DNA of 63,970 bases, the filler included, from Stramenopiles sp. TOSAG23-2 (Eukaryota): NCBI GenBank assembly GCA_900128395.1. It is 4 parts of 4 records of this genome, joined end to end, with 100 filler letters (N's around TTAATTAATTAA, not from the genome) between each part and the next. Parts side by side here need not be neighbours in the genome. Positions count along the whole stretch, not along the records: positions 16,170 to 32,187 come from LT649688.1; positions 32,288 to 48,280 come from LT649689.1; 2 more parts are not named here. One strand, given 5' to 3'. The position numbers were made by a program, and so were the translations under genes. The notes under the pieces are model-generated. The model saw only the letters and a list, made by a program, of their open reading frames with translations. It did not search any database and had not been told where the DNA came from. Shown here piece after piece: positions 22,472 to 34,449 of the stretch; the first letter of the stretch is position 1, and each line of letters opens with the position of its first letter.

Positions 22472-23593
22472 ATGCAGAAAATTTGCAATACCTTGGTTGA
22501 GTTAGGATTATTACCTAAAGAAGATTTAACTATGGATACAGACGTATTTGATGAACAATTACCATATTCACCATCTTCATCACCAAGTAGACATTCTATT
22601 GGGAGTGTATCTGATAGTGGTGATTCTATTGAATATTTAGAAGAAACGGCAGAAGCTACACCAATGAAAAAAGGTTCATGTGCACGTATTTCAGCAGAAG
22701 AATATGAAAGACAAGGACGTGAATATACACAAAAAATGTTATTACAACTAGTGGAACAAATGAAGAAAGATCAAGCAAAACTTGGTAAACGTGTATTAAG
22801 AAGTAAAGCAAAAAGTTTCAATGAAATCATTAAATCATCTATTTGGTCGATGTTTTCCAACGATATTAATAAATCAAATGAATTAAGTGAAAATGAAAAA
22901 GTGAAAGCGGTTGAAGATTTAGCAGATAAAATTATGAAAACACATTATTATTACAATGGTAATTCTAGTACTACTACAACGACGACGAAGGAGAAGAAAA
23001 ATGTAAATACGAATAATAATAATAATAATAACAAAGCCACTGCAACATTTGTACAAAAAAATGAAAATACAACAACAACTTATTACAATTCCCCATTTAG
23101 TAACATGCCGAAAAAAGTATTATTTAGTGGCATTAAAAAACGAAAAGGATTAAATGATATTACAAATAGTGGTGAAAAATCAAAGAAAAAACAAAAAAGA
23201 CGTAGTAGGCGTAAATCAATAAATCATAAAAAAAATGGAGGACCATTACTTGCAAAAAGATTACCATTTAATCCATTTCTTGCTGATATTAAAGGTGGTA
23301 TAGGACAAAGTAAATTGAAAAAAGCAAGTATACGTCCATTTGGAGGATCAACAAGAGGCAATATTGTTAAACCAATGACATTATTAGAAGAAATTAAATT
23401 AGCACAACAAAAACGTTTATTAAAAACAATTGGTAGAAAATCACCAGGTGGTACACCATTAAAAAAACGTAAACCACGACAAGAAAATACAATGAGATCT
23501 GCATTAGAAAATGCATTGTTAAAACGATTTAAAAATGTTAGACGTGATAGTGATAGTCCAGCAGGGTTAAGTCCGTGTGGTAGTGATTTTTAA
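22472..23593 (+). CDS. Protein with WH2-like and PRR11-like C-terminal motifs
   Basis: FLADIKGG..LKK, LLEEIK...LLKT, RKSPGGTPL and ALENALLKRF; first ATG at 22472. Confidence 0.6.
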   Translation: MQKICNTLVELGLLPKEDLTMDTDVFDEQLPYSPSSSPSRHSIGSVSDSGDSIEYLEETAEATPMKKGSCARISAEEYERQGREYTQKMLLQLVEQMKKDQAKLGKRVLRSKAKSFNEIIKSSIWSMFSNDINKSNELSENEKVKAVEDLADKIMKTHYYYNGNSSTTTTTTKEKKNVNTNNNNNNNKATATFVQKNENTTTTYYNSPFSNMPKKVLFSGIKKRKGLNDITNSGEKSKKKQKRRSRRKSINHKKNGGPLLAKRLPFNPFLADIKGGIGQSKLKKASIRPFGGSTRGNIVKPMTLLEEIKLAQQKRLLKTIGRKSPGGTPLKKRKPRQENTMRSALENALLKRFKNVRRDSDSPAGLSPCGSDF

Positions 23594-23756
23594 ATGATGG
23601 TGGAGAAGAAAAGAGAAGGGGGAGATTTGGGTATAAATACAAATATTACAAACATATAATACTTCGTATTATATAAAAATATATCAGGTATTATATAATA
23701 TATTTTAAATATATATTTTTAATTTACGCATAATTTATTTATAATATGATTATAAA

Positions 23757-23943
23757 TGGTTAAAATCTAAGTTAATAATATTTTTACACTTCTCGTGTTA
23801 AAGTAATATGCTCAATACCTCAATCGCAAGAATAATATGTTATCCTACTATAGTAAAGCTCTAATGCACCTCTGCAAACTAATACTCTACAAGCACAAGT
23901 AGGTCTCTATCCTTCCAACATGTTCGAACGTTGAACGCGTTGG
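23757..23943 (+). repeat. Dispersed repeat family B, copy 1
   Basis: Aligns with 48517-48717 (AAGTAATATGCTCAATAC, TCAATCGCAAGAATAATATG, ACTCTACAAGCACAAGTAGG). Confidence 0.9.
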
Positions 23944-24090
23944 ACGCCGGGCTCATTCGACAACGGTGAGGTTGTCAAAGTGAAAGATCCTGTTGTGAAC
24001 AACAACCGGTAACTATTCGTATAAAGATCTTGAAGTGCACGGTTGTGGCAAAAAGCCGCAGTTTTGATTTTCACTTTAGCTTGATATATA

Positions 24091-24142
24091 AAAAATTCTC
24101 TTATTTATAAGTTAAAGATTTTATTTTACTCATAATGTTAAT
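24091..24142 (+). repeat. Short repeat C, copy 1 (copy 2 at 25356-25410)
   Basis: AAAAATTCTCTTA(A)TTTATAAGTTAAAGATTTTATTT(T)ACTCATA is present twice. Confidence 0.8.
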
Positions 24143-24221
24143 ATGATATATATATAATGATATATTTAATTATGATAGTGCATAGAACTTATTTTTTTAA
24201 ATAATTTACTCATGATAATTC

Positions 24222-24765
24222 CTACTCTCCATCGTCCTCATCGCTATCATCGTCCTCATCGCTATCATCATCATCATCATCTTCTCTATCATCTTCGTCA
24301 TCCTCATTGTTCTTATCAATCTCATCGCCTTCTTCATCTTTATCCTCTTCGTCATCGTTTTTTTTATTATTATCATCTTGTTGAATATCGTGTTCTATAT
24401 CCATATTTTCTGTTTGTTGATACCCGTTTGATCCATCTCTTTTATATTGTTCTATAGCTTTTAATTGTGATATCATATTATCACTAAGTTGATTATTACG
24501 TAGGTCCAAGTGATGTAATGTATTATTTGTTTTTAATCCATCAATAATACTTTGTATTCCACTATCATCAGTGATATTATTACCACGTAGGGTCAATTTC
24601 GTTAATGTCTTGTTTGTTTTTAATCCTTCACCAATACTTTGTACGTCAGTAATATTATTATTATCTAGGTACAATGCCTCTAATGTATTGTTTGTTTTTA
24701 ATCCTTCACCAATACTTTGTACGTCAGTAATATTATTATTATCTAGATCCAATTTCGTCGTGTCT
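24222..24765 (-). CDS. RNI-like leucine-rich repeat protein with acidic tail; 5' end unclear or truncated
   Basis: Four LxxLxLxxNxI/L repeats of 26-29 aa (LDLDNNNITDVQSIGEGLKTN); no in-frame ATG directly upstream. Confidence 0.7.
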
Positions 24766-25246
24766 GAAAAAATAACTGAGACAATAATATAATATCTGAT
24801 TCTTCTGAATCCATAATACACGTATAATTATTTCACAGGTCTTTCTGGAATGGGTATCAATTTATCTTTCATAGTAATGTAAAGGAGCAGTTTCTTTTTT
24901 GCGAGTATAACGCTCTACACACACAAAATTTTAAAATTTACTAATAATATAAATATAAGAGAATTTTTTATATCTATTGCACTAAACTGAAAGATGGACA
25001 ATGAATCGTAACATTGCGATAGAGTTCATTGTAATCCACAGAGTGTGCCAATATTTTTTTAAAGATAATAAAAACATTGGTGGAGGTAAATATATGCAAT
25101 TAACACATTATATGCATCAATTGAAAACCGTGTGTTGTTCAAAGGTGTGTGATACATCTCGTACTAGTACCGTGGTAGAGTGTCACTGATCCTTCTTGCA
25201 TATACAGTTTAAAGGTATTAAAAAAAAATATAGATTACGAGAATAT

Positions 25247-25348
25247 CAACACACTAGTGTGAGATAGATTATTTCAGTTATTGTATTCTTTTGAAGAGTA
25301 GGAATTATCATGAGTAAATTTAAAACAATAAATTATGCGTAAATTAAT
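25247..25348 (+). repeat. Dispersed repeat family A, copy 2
   Basis: Matches 3270-3382; contains the perfect palindrome CACACTAGTGTG. Confidence 0.9.
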
Positions 25349-25355
25349 TATATTA

Positions 25356-25410
25356 AAAAATTCTCTTAATTTATAAGTTAAAGATTTTATTTACTCATAC
25401 TGTTATATTC
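25356..25410 (+). repeat. Short repeat C, copy 2
   Basis: Matches 24091-24142. Confidence 0.8.
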
Positions 25411-25612
25411 GATATATATATTATATGTGTATAATTACCAGAAATAATAATTAAATGAAAGATATATTTTTTATTTTATCTTCCAAATTATATGATAGTA
25501 TAAGTTATTATCCTGGAAGATTTACTTTCGTACATTATCAATCACGAAATTATATTTGCACGAACTTCGTATCATAGTCATATAAATATCATACTTCTCT
25601 GTATATATATTT

Positions 25613-28600
25613 TCAACTCTGAAACTTCGCTTTTTTATTTCTCTCCGCACCTTCCAATGCCATCTTCTTCTTTTTCTTTTCTTTCTCAATTACAGCGAAT
25701 TGTGCAGCAATACGTTCTCTTTCCTTTTGCTTACGTTCATTTCTATTCTTTTCAATTAATTTTCTCTTCTTTGTCTTCACATTACGAACGGTACGTAATT
25801 GTTGCATCATGGTATACATTTTACGTTCTTTTGGCTCCATAATAACGGCAGTTGCTTTAGACAATTCGCTCGTTTTATTGTTTTTACGTTTCTTTTTATT
25901 GACTTTTGGTTTAGTTTTATATGGCAATGCTCGTTCTAATTTTTTTGGTATTCTCAATGGATTAAATTTACGCGTTTCTCGTACAATTGGTTTATACAAC
26001 GAATCTTTATTAATTGGTGCTTTTAATTTTAAATCATGTCTTAATTTACCAATTGTTCGCATACCTTGCCATTCTTCTCCTGGTGCAACTAATCGTGATA
26101 AAACAGGGTTATAAAATTTTTTGATTTCAACTTGAGTCCAAGAACGTAAAAAGATAATATCACTTAATAAAACTTTATCTTCAAATGTAGCACGAAATGT
26201 TCCAGTACCACCACGAGTTGCTTTTTTTATTTGTCCTCGAATACCACTTACTGTTTTAATAGATGCACCGATAAACTTTGCAACTTCCAATTCGCTATTA
26301 AACATTCCACGAACAAAACATGTATTTTTCATAACTTTATGTGGTGTACCGACTAATTTTAATTTTTTCACAATTTTAAATGAATGATCCAATTCAAGGA
26401 CAACACCCGTCGCGGCAACACGAAATCCTTTTTCATCCAAACCAAGCGATTGGAATGCCAATACACCAGTATTTGGTGGTATATTTGGTGCATAAAAATT
26501 TGCCAAACAATGCATATGTTCCGGTGTATATTTTAACATTCGATGACGTCCATTAACATCTTCTGTTGCATATATTGGTATGGATTGGAATCTACGCCAT
26601 CCAGCAGAAAAAATTAATGGATCATTTGATTTTAACAAACGCTTGTACCATCGATGTTTTTTTATTCGCATACGAGTAAATCCTTTTGATACCTCATGTG
26701 GTAATAAACCACCAACTAAAACAGGAATTTCTGGTTGAAAATTTGTTACAAATTCAGCTGGTAAACCATTTAATTCTATACGTACATATCGACCAGCTGA
26801 TATGCCTGTATGTTTTATATCTGAATTTTTAGTAAATTCCGTTTTACTTAATCGTTCCAATGCTGCTTTTTCTTCCATTTCCTTTGTTTTCTCCGGATCT
26901 TCTTCTTCATCATCATCAGATGAATCATTACCTTCATGTTTACCATGTTTTCCACCCGATGGTGGGGCAGATAAACGGTTACTTTTGGCACCATTACGAT
27001 TATTATTGTTCCTATCATCATCACTATTACCAGAATCAGATGAATTATCATCAGAATCCGAATCGTCTGAATCATCATCATCATTCGAACTATCATCATC
27101 GCTTAATTTCTTATTACTTTTTACTTGACCATCATTCGCAAAAATTTCACCAGTTTCTAAATCTTCAAAACCTTCATCATCATCACTACCACTATCACTA
27201 TCGCTATCTTTATTTTGTTTACTAGATGATGAAGAATCTTTCCATTCTCCAGTAACAAAACGATTTCGTATGCTTTCCTTTACATTTAATGAATTCCAAT
27301 CCTTTACACCACTTTTATGTTCTATTGATCCAGATGATGAGAATTTCGAACAGTCATCCATATTAATACTTTTTCCAACTTTTGTTAAATTATTCATGGT
27401 AGTATTATTGTTATTTTCTCCCACGTTATCGTCACCACTGTTTGGATTACTTTTACCATTACTATTGTCTTTTCGTATTGTGAAAAAATCATCATCACTG
27501 CTATCACTATCCCCATCATCACTTGAGGAACCACTATTATTATTATTATTATTATCTCCATATATTAAATCCATAAAATCTAGATTATTTTTTTCACGAT
27601 CAGCATATGCACGGGCAGCACGATTATCTAGATCATTTTTCCATTTCGAATTACTACTTCCACCAATTTCATCATCGTCATCAACCTCGCTACCACTACT
27701 CTTACTACTATCACTACCAGTATTATTCTTTTTCAAATCAGCAGCTGTTAATGGTTTACTATTTGCAAATAATGGCATAGCCGCTTCATCTAATTGTTCC
27801 AATCCAACAGAATCATCTTCATGAACATTTTGTAATGTTTTTACTAAACCAACACCTTCTGCCGTCTCATCTGTTTTACTATCATCAATACGTATATACA
27901 TCGCATCTTTATCCAGCAATATATTACCTACATTTGACATTGGTGCATATAATAATGTCTCTTTTGCATTTAATGCTCTTCGCATTGGTTTTACTTTCGT
28001 ACTGCCACTACTACTTTCACCATTATTATCTTTTCCAAAATTTAATGCCTCCGTTTCCGCTGCTTTTTTCGCTTCTTGTAATGCTTTAAATTGTGGTGAT
28101 GGACATGGATCATCCATTGCACTTATATCGTTAATGAAAAAATCACCAACACCTGCTATATGAACTTTTGCACCAATTTTTAAATTTGTCCCACGTGAAT
28201 ATCCATATAATAAAACATTACGATCACACGTTGGATCCTCATGAACTTCACTTGGTGATGTAATATCTTCATACCTATCCGCTATTAAATATGGATGTGT
28301 ATTACGCCATATTAATGGACGAAATTTTAAACGTGATATGAACAATGTTATGTTATGAATTTCTGTTTTTGGATATTTACCATTGATAATACCAGATAAA
28401 TAAAATAACTTTGCACCTTGATAAATATCCGTCCAAAACCGTGATTTTAATCGTTTCTTCGTTTTTCGTAAACGTTTTCCATCTTTAAAAGAATCTAAAT
28501 GTGTTAAAACTCCCAATACCTTTGGAAAACCATGTACTTGTAAAATATTTAAAAACTCAAACGTTTCCATTTGAAAGCCAACACTGGCATCAATCATTAA

Positions 28601-29047
28601 TAAAACTAAATCTGTTACTTTTGCTAAATCGATCATTGAATTTAAATCATTTGGGCATTCAAAAAATGTTACACGTCTAATTTTACTTGTAACTACCGTA
28701 ATTGGTCCGTTAATTTCAGAAAGAGTATGTTTTGTATATTTTTTAACAAGTGAACGCAATAAAGTCGATTTACCAACACCTTTTGGTCCAACAATTGTTA
28801 CAACAACTGGTGGTGGGTCAAACTCTGGTGTTTTATCCACTTGTGAAATAACTTCTTTTTTATGTTCACGATCTAAATTACGTTGCACCGCACGTGCTGC
28901 TTTAACCCTTGATTTTACAGTAAAAGCTCTTGGATTTTGACCTTTTTCATGTACACCACGTTTTTTTTTATCTCTTAATTTTTTCCTATCCGCTTTTGGA
29001 CCTGACCTAGATGGTCTATGTAATAAATTTGTTTGTAAATCTGACAT
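25613..29047 (-). CDS. BMS1: Ribosome biogenesis GTPase BMS1
   Basis: [51 protein letters not shown] and [15 protein letters not shown] at 29047. Confidence 0.97.
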   Translation of the reverse strand: MSDLQTNLLHRPSRSGPKADRKKLRDKKKRGVHEKGQNPRAFTVKSRVKAARAVQRNLDREHKKEVISQVDKTPEFDPPPVVVTIVGPKGVGKSTLLRSLVKKYTKHTLSEINGPITVVTSKIRRVTFFECPNDLNSMIDLAKVTDLVLLMIDASVGFQMETFEFLNILQVHGFPKVLGVLTHLDSFKDGKRLRKTKKRLKSRFWTDIYQGAKLFYLSGIINGKYPKTEIHNITLFISRLKFRPLIWRNTHPYLIADRYEDITSPSEVHEDPTCDRNVLLYGYSRGTNLKIGAKVHIAGVGDFFINDISAMDDPCPSPQFKALQEAKKAAETEALNFGKDNNGESSSGSTKVKPMRRALNAKETLLYAPMSNVGNILLDKDAMYIRIDDSKTDETAEGVGLVKTLQNVHEDDSVGLEQLDEAAMPLFANSKPLTAADLKKNNTGSDSSKSSGSEVDDDDEIGGSSNSKWKNDLDNRAARAYADREKNNLDFMDLIYGDNNNNNNSGSSSDDGDSDSSDDDFFTIRKDNSNGKSNPNSGDDNVGENNNNTTMNNLTKVGKSINMDDCSKFSSSGSIEHKSGVKDWNSLNVKESIRNRFVTGEWKDSSSSSKQNKDSDSDSGSDDDEGFEDLETGEIFANDGQVKSNKKLSDDDSSNDDDDSDDSDSDDNSSDSGNSDDDRNNNNRNGAKSNRLSAPPSGGKHGKHEGNDSSDDDEEEDPEKTKEMEEKAALERLSKTEFTKNSDIKHTGISAGRYVRIELNGLPAEFVTNFQPEIPVLVGGLLPHEVSKGFTRMRIKKHRWYKRLLKSNDPLIFSAGWRRFQSIPIYATEDVNGRHRMLKYTPEHMHCLANFYAPNIPPNTGVLAFQSLGLDEKGFRVAATGVVLELDHSFKIVKKLKLVGTPHKVMKNTCFVRGMFNSELEVAKFIGASIKTVSGIRGQIKKATRGGTGTFRATFEDKVLLSDIIFLRSWTQVEIKKFYNPVLSRLVAPGEEWQGMRTIGKLRHDLKLKAPINKDSLYKPIVRETRKFNPLRIPKKLERALPYKTKPKVNKKKRKNNKTSELSKATAVIMEPKERKMYTMMQQLRTVRNVKTKKRKLIEKNRNERKQKERERIAAQFAVIEKEKKKKKMALEGAERNKKAKFQS

Positions 29048-29982
29048 TGATATTTTATAGTATATATACGTCAATTAACTTTTTTATTTCACTTGTTATA
29101 TATTACTTTTTCTAATAATAATTAATATTGATAAAAAAAAAAAGGAAAGGGGAGAATATACAACTATATCAATCACATATGTCTGTTTCAATATATATTA
29201 TTTCTTTTTTTTGGATATCTTTCTGTAATCCTTCATGGATAAATTATATTATATTATTGGGAGTTTATTTTCTTTCATGTAATTTGTGGTAAAATGAAAA
29301 ATGAATGGAGCGAAGACGTTTGAGGAAGATTAGCTGGTTAGCATTGAATAGCATTGGAAGGGGGGAATCCGGATGTTTAAGGTGTAATTCAAGTAGAAAA
29401 CGGAAAACCTGCAAAATGAGGAGTCGTCTCATATTATATATTGGATTTTCATGCTATAAATGATGTATGTTATGTCCTCCTTAAATGAACTTATCAAGTA
29501 CAACATGTTGATATACTTTATTAATGTTTCCTATGAGTAAAATGCATATTTATATTTATTACTTTTGCGTAAATATCTTAAACTTAGCTGCTTGCTTGAC
29601 AGAGCTTTTGGCAGATTAGAAATCTAAAGTCGTCTAGTCTTACTTCGTTTGTGGCACGTTTTTTGTTGTTTTTGTTGCGCGAGAAAACCAGAGAGAACGC
29701 GAAAATTACACTAATCGATTTAAGGCAAATTTTCTTACAATTACAACCACACTTAGCCCTTATTGCAACTATTTACGACGATCGATATAAACTAGATATA
29801 TATGACGACTCTATTGACCGAACGAAAGAAGGAAGAATATATATAGTTAGTTAGTTATATATATACAGATATTTTTTGTATTTATTTATTTATATATATA
29901 TGTATGTATGTATGTATGAATTATTCTACATCTATCCAAGTGAATATAACCTATTGAAAATACATAAATATAATATCTCAAA

Positions 29983-30825
29983 ATGTTACGGCAAGTAAAT
30001 AATACATTCAATTGTAAACATGCAAGAATGATCAAGAACAATTTATCATTAAAAAAAAAGAACAATATGAGTACTTTTTTTTCAACATTACAACCAAAAG
30101 ATATTAAAATTATTACAAACGGTGAATTAGGCACGACAAATTTTTCATTAAATTTTACAAATAGAAACAATGGTGAAAAAATCTCACCATGGCATGATGT
30201 AGCATTAGTGTCCGATATGGTAGATAGTAGTAATACAAAGTATTTCAATTTTGTCAATGAAATTCCAAGATATACAAAACCAAAGATGGAAATTGCAACT
30301 GATGTAGAATTAAACCCAATTGTACAAGATGTAAAAAAAGGTAAATTAAGAGACTATCATGGACCGTTGTATTGGAATTATGGTTGTTTGCCACAAACAT
30401 GGGAAGATCCAAATGTTGCTAATGCAGAAGTTGAAAATTACATGGGAGATAATGATCCATTAGACGTAGTTGAAATTGGATCGGAAACATTGGAAATGGG
30501 TGCTGTAGTGCCTGTAAAACCTTTAGGAATTTTAAGTATGATTGATAGTGGTGAGTTAGACTGGAAATTAATTGCAATTTGTGCAAATGATCCAATGGCA
30601 GAAAAATTAAATAATATCGATGATGTTGAAAAGCATTGTCCAGGCACAATTTCTGGTATTCGTGAATGGTTTCGTTGGTATAAAACACCAGATGGTAAAC
30701 CAATCAATGCATTTGGACATGATGAAGTTGCAATGGATAAAGATTATGCACTTGAAATTATTGATGAGACACATGTTTTTTGGAAAGAATTAGTAGAAAG
30801 AAATGGTGATGATTTATGGGTGTGA
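29983..30825 (+). CDS. PPA: Family I soluble inorganic pyrophosphatase with an organellar presequence
   Basis: ISPWHDV, EIPRYTKPKMEI, WNYGCLPQTWEDP, GDNDPLDVVEIG and DSGELDWK. Confidence 0.95.
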   Translation: MLRQVNNTFNCKHARMIKNNLSLKKKNNMSTFFSTLQPKDIKIITNGELGTTNFSLNFTNRNNGEKISPWHDVALVSDMVDSSNTKYFNFVNEIPRYTKPKMEIATDVELNPIVQDVKKGKLRDYHGPLYWNYGCLPQTWEDPNVANAEVENYMGDNDPLDVVEIGSETLEMGAVVPVKPLGILSMIDSGELDWKLIAICANDPMAEKLNNIDDVEKHCPGTISGIREWFRWYKTPDGKPINAFGHDEVAMDKDYALEIIDETHVFWKELVERNGDDLWV

Positions 30826-31036
30826 AAATAAAATTTTGTGGTGTGTAATAAAATCTACCGGGTGTACTTTCGTTTCGTATAACATATAATATACTTCGTA
30901 ATCTTTTTCTTCGATAATACCATATGTTCGTAGAAACAATTTTAATTTTTACGACACCCCGTGTAGTCTTTTATTATTTTTAATATTTTTATTATTATAC
31001 CAAAAACTTTTTTTATGGGTATCTATTATAATATAC

Positions 31037-31140
31037 CAACACATTAGTGTGAGATAGATTATTTCAATTATTGTATTCTTTTGAAAGAGTAGGAATTATT
31101 ATGAGTAAAATTAAAAAACAAATTATGGGTAAACTTAAAT
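31037..31140 (+). repeat. Dispersed repeat family A, copy 3
   Basis: Matches 3270-3382 and 25247-25348. Confidence 0.9.
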
Positions 31141-31428
31141 TACACATATATATACGTGTATTATATATAATATATTATATTAATATTTAAAACGCTTCTT
31201 CATCCTTCATGTTTTTTCTTTTTTTTCTATGATAGTTCTCCATTTTTTTTTATATGACGACGACGGCCTTCTTTCTGCTTCAATTTATACTCCAACGCTT
31301 GTTTTATACGTAATTCCATGTACATATGTTTCTCATCCCCTTCTTTACATTTCAATTTATGGTCTGCTAAAACATGTAAACGTTGAGACGTACTCATGTA
31401 TGGATTATGCTTGACTTGCATCACATAG

Positions 31429-31848
31429 GACCAAAACAATACAAAACTAACATATAAAAAATTTAGCAAGCATGGATGCAATGCAAAAGATGAAATTCTA
31501 TCAGAAAGATATGACAGTTGGGCAAATGGAATGTGCACAAAAAGGTCTGAAGTGCAGGAGTGGATGAGAGCAAGCGCTGATCGTTGTGATAGTTCCGATG
31601 TGAAACTCATAGGGACTATATATAGTGATGATAAATGCAGAACGATAAAATATGAAAAATTTATTCTCTCTTATTTTCCTGGACAATCAAACAAATGTTA
31701 TGATCTATCAGAGAATATATCGACCATATGGACATGTCATATTTGGGGGGGAATCTCGCCTGCCATTACTAGATATAAATTTGTGCCAATACTCCATTTA
31801 TTAATTGTTCTCATCAGTACAATAATGTGTGTGTTTTTTCAACAATAA
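31429..31848 (+). CDS. Possible terminal exon of a Cys-containing protein with a hydrophobic C-terminus
   Basis: Frame is open from a TAG acceptor-like site at 31426-31428 to 31848; ends in ILHLLIVLISTIMCVFF; conflicts with the minus-strand ORF 31227-31610. Confidence 0.3.
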   Translation, partial: DQNNTKLTYKKFSKHGCNAKDEILSERYDSWANGMCTKRSEVQEWMRASADRCDSSDVKLIGTIYSDDKCRTIKYEKFILSYFPGQSNKCYDLSENISTIWTCHIWGGISPAITRYKFVPILHLLIVLISTIMCVFFQQ

Positions 31849-32187
31849 AAAATGTATATATATAAAAGCAATTCATATACGCGTTCGTAATATTAAAAAA
31901 TATATTATTTTTTAGGGAGAATTGTTAATGTTATGGCAAATTTTTGACACCCTGAAGGTGGTGTATTTTTAAGGGATTTCGTCTAACATTTTTGTGTTAT
32001 TTATGGTTTTATGCTATCAATTATTTTTTCAGATCTAATAAAGTACGGACTTTCACCCCATTGTGTCTATGCTAGGACTTTTTTTTGCGCACCTGCTCGT
32101 TGATAAATCAACTCCCGACGGTGGCAAAAAATAAGCTAGCATGACACATGGGGATGAAATCCTAGCCAATTTTTTATAAGTTGGATC

Positions 32188-32287
32188 NNNNNNNNNNNNN
32201 NNNNNNNNNNNNNNNNNNNNNNNNNNNNNNNTTAATTAATTAANNNNNNNNNNNNNNNNNNNNNNNNNNNNNNNNNNNNNNNNNNNN
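32188..32287. other. Artificial contig spacer
   Basis: N44-TTAATTAATTAA-N44. Confidence 0.98.
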
Positions 32288-32498
32288 TACCACTACCTAG
32301 CCAGAAATCCCGTTGAATGTGACCTCAGGGAAGGTGCCTGAGAACATCAATTTTTAAATTTCATTTTCATTTTTTTTCATTTATATATATACTATTTGAT
32401 ATTTAGTGCTTTTGTAGAACAAACGGAGTGTGAGATCATTTTATATTAGTAATTGTGTGTGTGTTTGTGTGTCAATTCACTACATTATTATAGTAGTG

Positions 32499-32844
32499 GT
32501 TATTCTTGCCTTGTTATCATTGTTTTTGTACTGCGTATGTCGTTACCGACTTACAATAATACCACTAGAATAAGAAGAGCATCATCTGCACCACAATTAA
32601 ACTCAAATAATAATAACTATCATAGTATGTCTATTAACGGTGATCCAAACCAAAATTATAATCATTCTACAGTTATTCTTGCCTTGTTATCATTGTTTTT
32701 GTACTGCGTATGTCGTTACCGACTTACAATAATACCACTAGAATAAGAAGAGCATCATCTGCACCACAATTAAACTCAAATAATAATAACTATCATAGTA
32801 TGTCTATTAACGGTGATCCAAACCAAAATTATAATCATTCTACA
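32499..32844 (+). repeat. Exact 173-nt tandem duplication spanning the MFS gene start
   Basis: 32499-32671 = 32672-32844; ATG duplicated at 32537 and 32710. Confidence 0.92.
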
Positions 32845-34296
32845 GGAGGAAAATCATCTGCATTCAATAAAAATATGGATAAGCGAATATTGTTAGATGA
32901 TTTCAGTGATGAAGAGTCATATGATACGTCATCTAGAAGTGCATGTGATCCAAAACATAGACCAAATTCAACACTTGGTTATATTCTTTTAACTTCATAT
33001 ATGATTGGATGGAGCGCGTTATGGACATGTTTATTAGTTGTTGCCGTTCCATATCAAATAGAAATGATGGTTGGAGATGAAGGAAAAGGTTCTGCACTTG
33101 GATTCGTAGTTGCAGTTGGTGGTTTTAATTCCGTTGTAATACCACCTGTTGCTGGATATGTATCCGATCGCACGGTTACACGATATGGTCGTCGTAAACC
33201 ATATATAGTTATTGGGACCATTTGTTGTAGTCTTTTGATATTACTATTACCAGCATGCAAAACAATCGGAGCATATGCCACAATATGGTTTTTCCTTCAA
33301 ACAGCTAGTAATTTTGGCAGCAGTGCATTTTTAGGATTGCTACCAGATGTTGTGCCAAAAGAACAGCTTGGAAACGTATCTGGTATATTAGCTGCATGTA
33401 CTGCATTTGGTCAATTAATTGGTGCTGGGCTTGGATCAGGATTAAAACATGTTGGTGTTCTAAATGTCTATATCGGTTTAGCTTTTGTTCATATTTTTTT
33501 TATGCTTGTAACTGTATGCACGACGAAAGAAATAGTAAATGAATCGGATAATGGCAAACCAATGAATGATGGTTTCGGAAGAATTGATGGAGTAACAGGA
33601 GACGATGATTTTGATAATAATTTCAATAATAATAATGAGACATGCTGTGAAAAAATCACAAATTTTATGTCTGATATTATAAGACCATTTAAATCAAATG
33701 ATTTTAGATGGGTATATATCACGCGATGGTTAATACAAATGGGAATATACTCTGTTCAAGAATTTATTCAATATTTTGTAAAAGATGTAATTTATCCAGT
33801 GGAAAAAAATCATATTAATATGACAGTAACAACTATGACATCTGCATTATTATGCATCATTGTAATTGGCGGAGGCAGTTGTGGTTTTATTTGTGGCATT
33901 TTATCTGATAAATATGATCGAAGAAAAATATTTGTTTATTTTGCAGGGTTTTTTATTTCAATTGCTACAATTATGTTGATGTTCTCCACGTCATTTACTG
34001 CATGTGGGGTTGCTGCATTTGTTTTTGGCGTTGGATTTGGCTCATTTGCAGCTGTAGATATGGCAATGGTAGTCGAAGCTTTACCATCAGAGGAAAATGC
34101 AGCTACTGATATGGGGGTATGGCATACATCGTTGACATTGCCACAAATGATAGCAACACCAATAGCAGGAATTGTATTGGACAATGTGAAGACCAATGAA
34201 GGAGCACATGAAGGTTACGTAGCTGTATTTGGTATTGCTGTTGCTTATTTTGTATTGGGAACGTGTTTAATACAAAAATTGAAAAATATTAAGTAA
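32710..34296 (+). CDS. MFS transporter (GPH/SLC45-like sugar transporter)
   Basis: GYVSDRTVTRYGRRKPYI, GLLPDVVP, DFRWVYITRWL and GILSDKYDRRK; about 12 TM segments. Confidence 0.88.
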   Translation: MSLPTYNNTTRIRRASSAPQLNSNNNNYHSMSINGDPNQNYNHSTGGKSSAFNKNMDKRILLDDFSDEESYDTSSRSACDPKHRPNSTLGYILLTSYMIGWSALWTCLLVVAVPYQIEMMVGDEGKGSALGFVVAVGGFNSVVIPPVAGYVSDRTVTRYGRRKPYIVIGTICCSLLILLLPACKTIGAYATIWFFLQTASNFGSSAFLGLLPDVVPKEQLGNVSGILAACTAFGQLIGAGLGSGLKHVGVLNVYIGLAFVHIFFMLVTVCTTKEIVNESDNGKPMNDGFGRIDGVTGDDDFDNNFNNNNETCCEKITNFMSDIIRPFKSNDFRWVYITRWLIQMGIYSVQEFIQYFVKDVIYPVEKNHINMTVTTMTSALLCIIVIGGGSCGFICGILSDKYDRRKIFVYFAGFFISIATIMLMFSTSFTACGVAAFVFGVGFGSFAAVDMAMVVEALPSEENAATDMGVWHTSLTLPQMIATPIAGIVLDNVKTNEGAHEGYVAVFGIAVAYFVLGTCLIQKLKNIK

Positions 34297-34449
34297 AATG
34301 TGTGTGTGATTATTATACTTCATACGGTGTCGTACAATATCTAGTACGAACGTGTATGTGTGTGTGTGTGAGAGTGTGTTGGTTTGCAATTAAATGTAAG
34401 AAGAAATATACTTCGTATTTTATACAAAATCTCCTCTCCACCCCCCTAT

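Noticed and set aside
3270..31140. CRISPR-like interpretation of the repeats
   Set aside because: Copies are dispersed with no repeat-spacer array, no cas genes, and the context is eukaryotic
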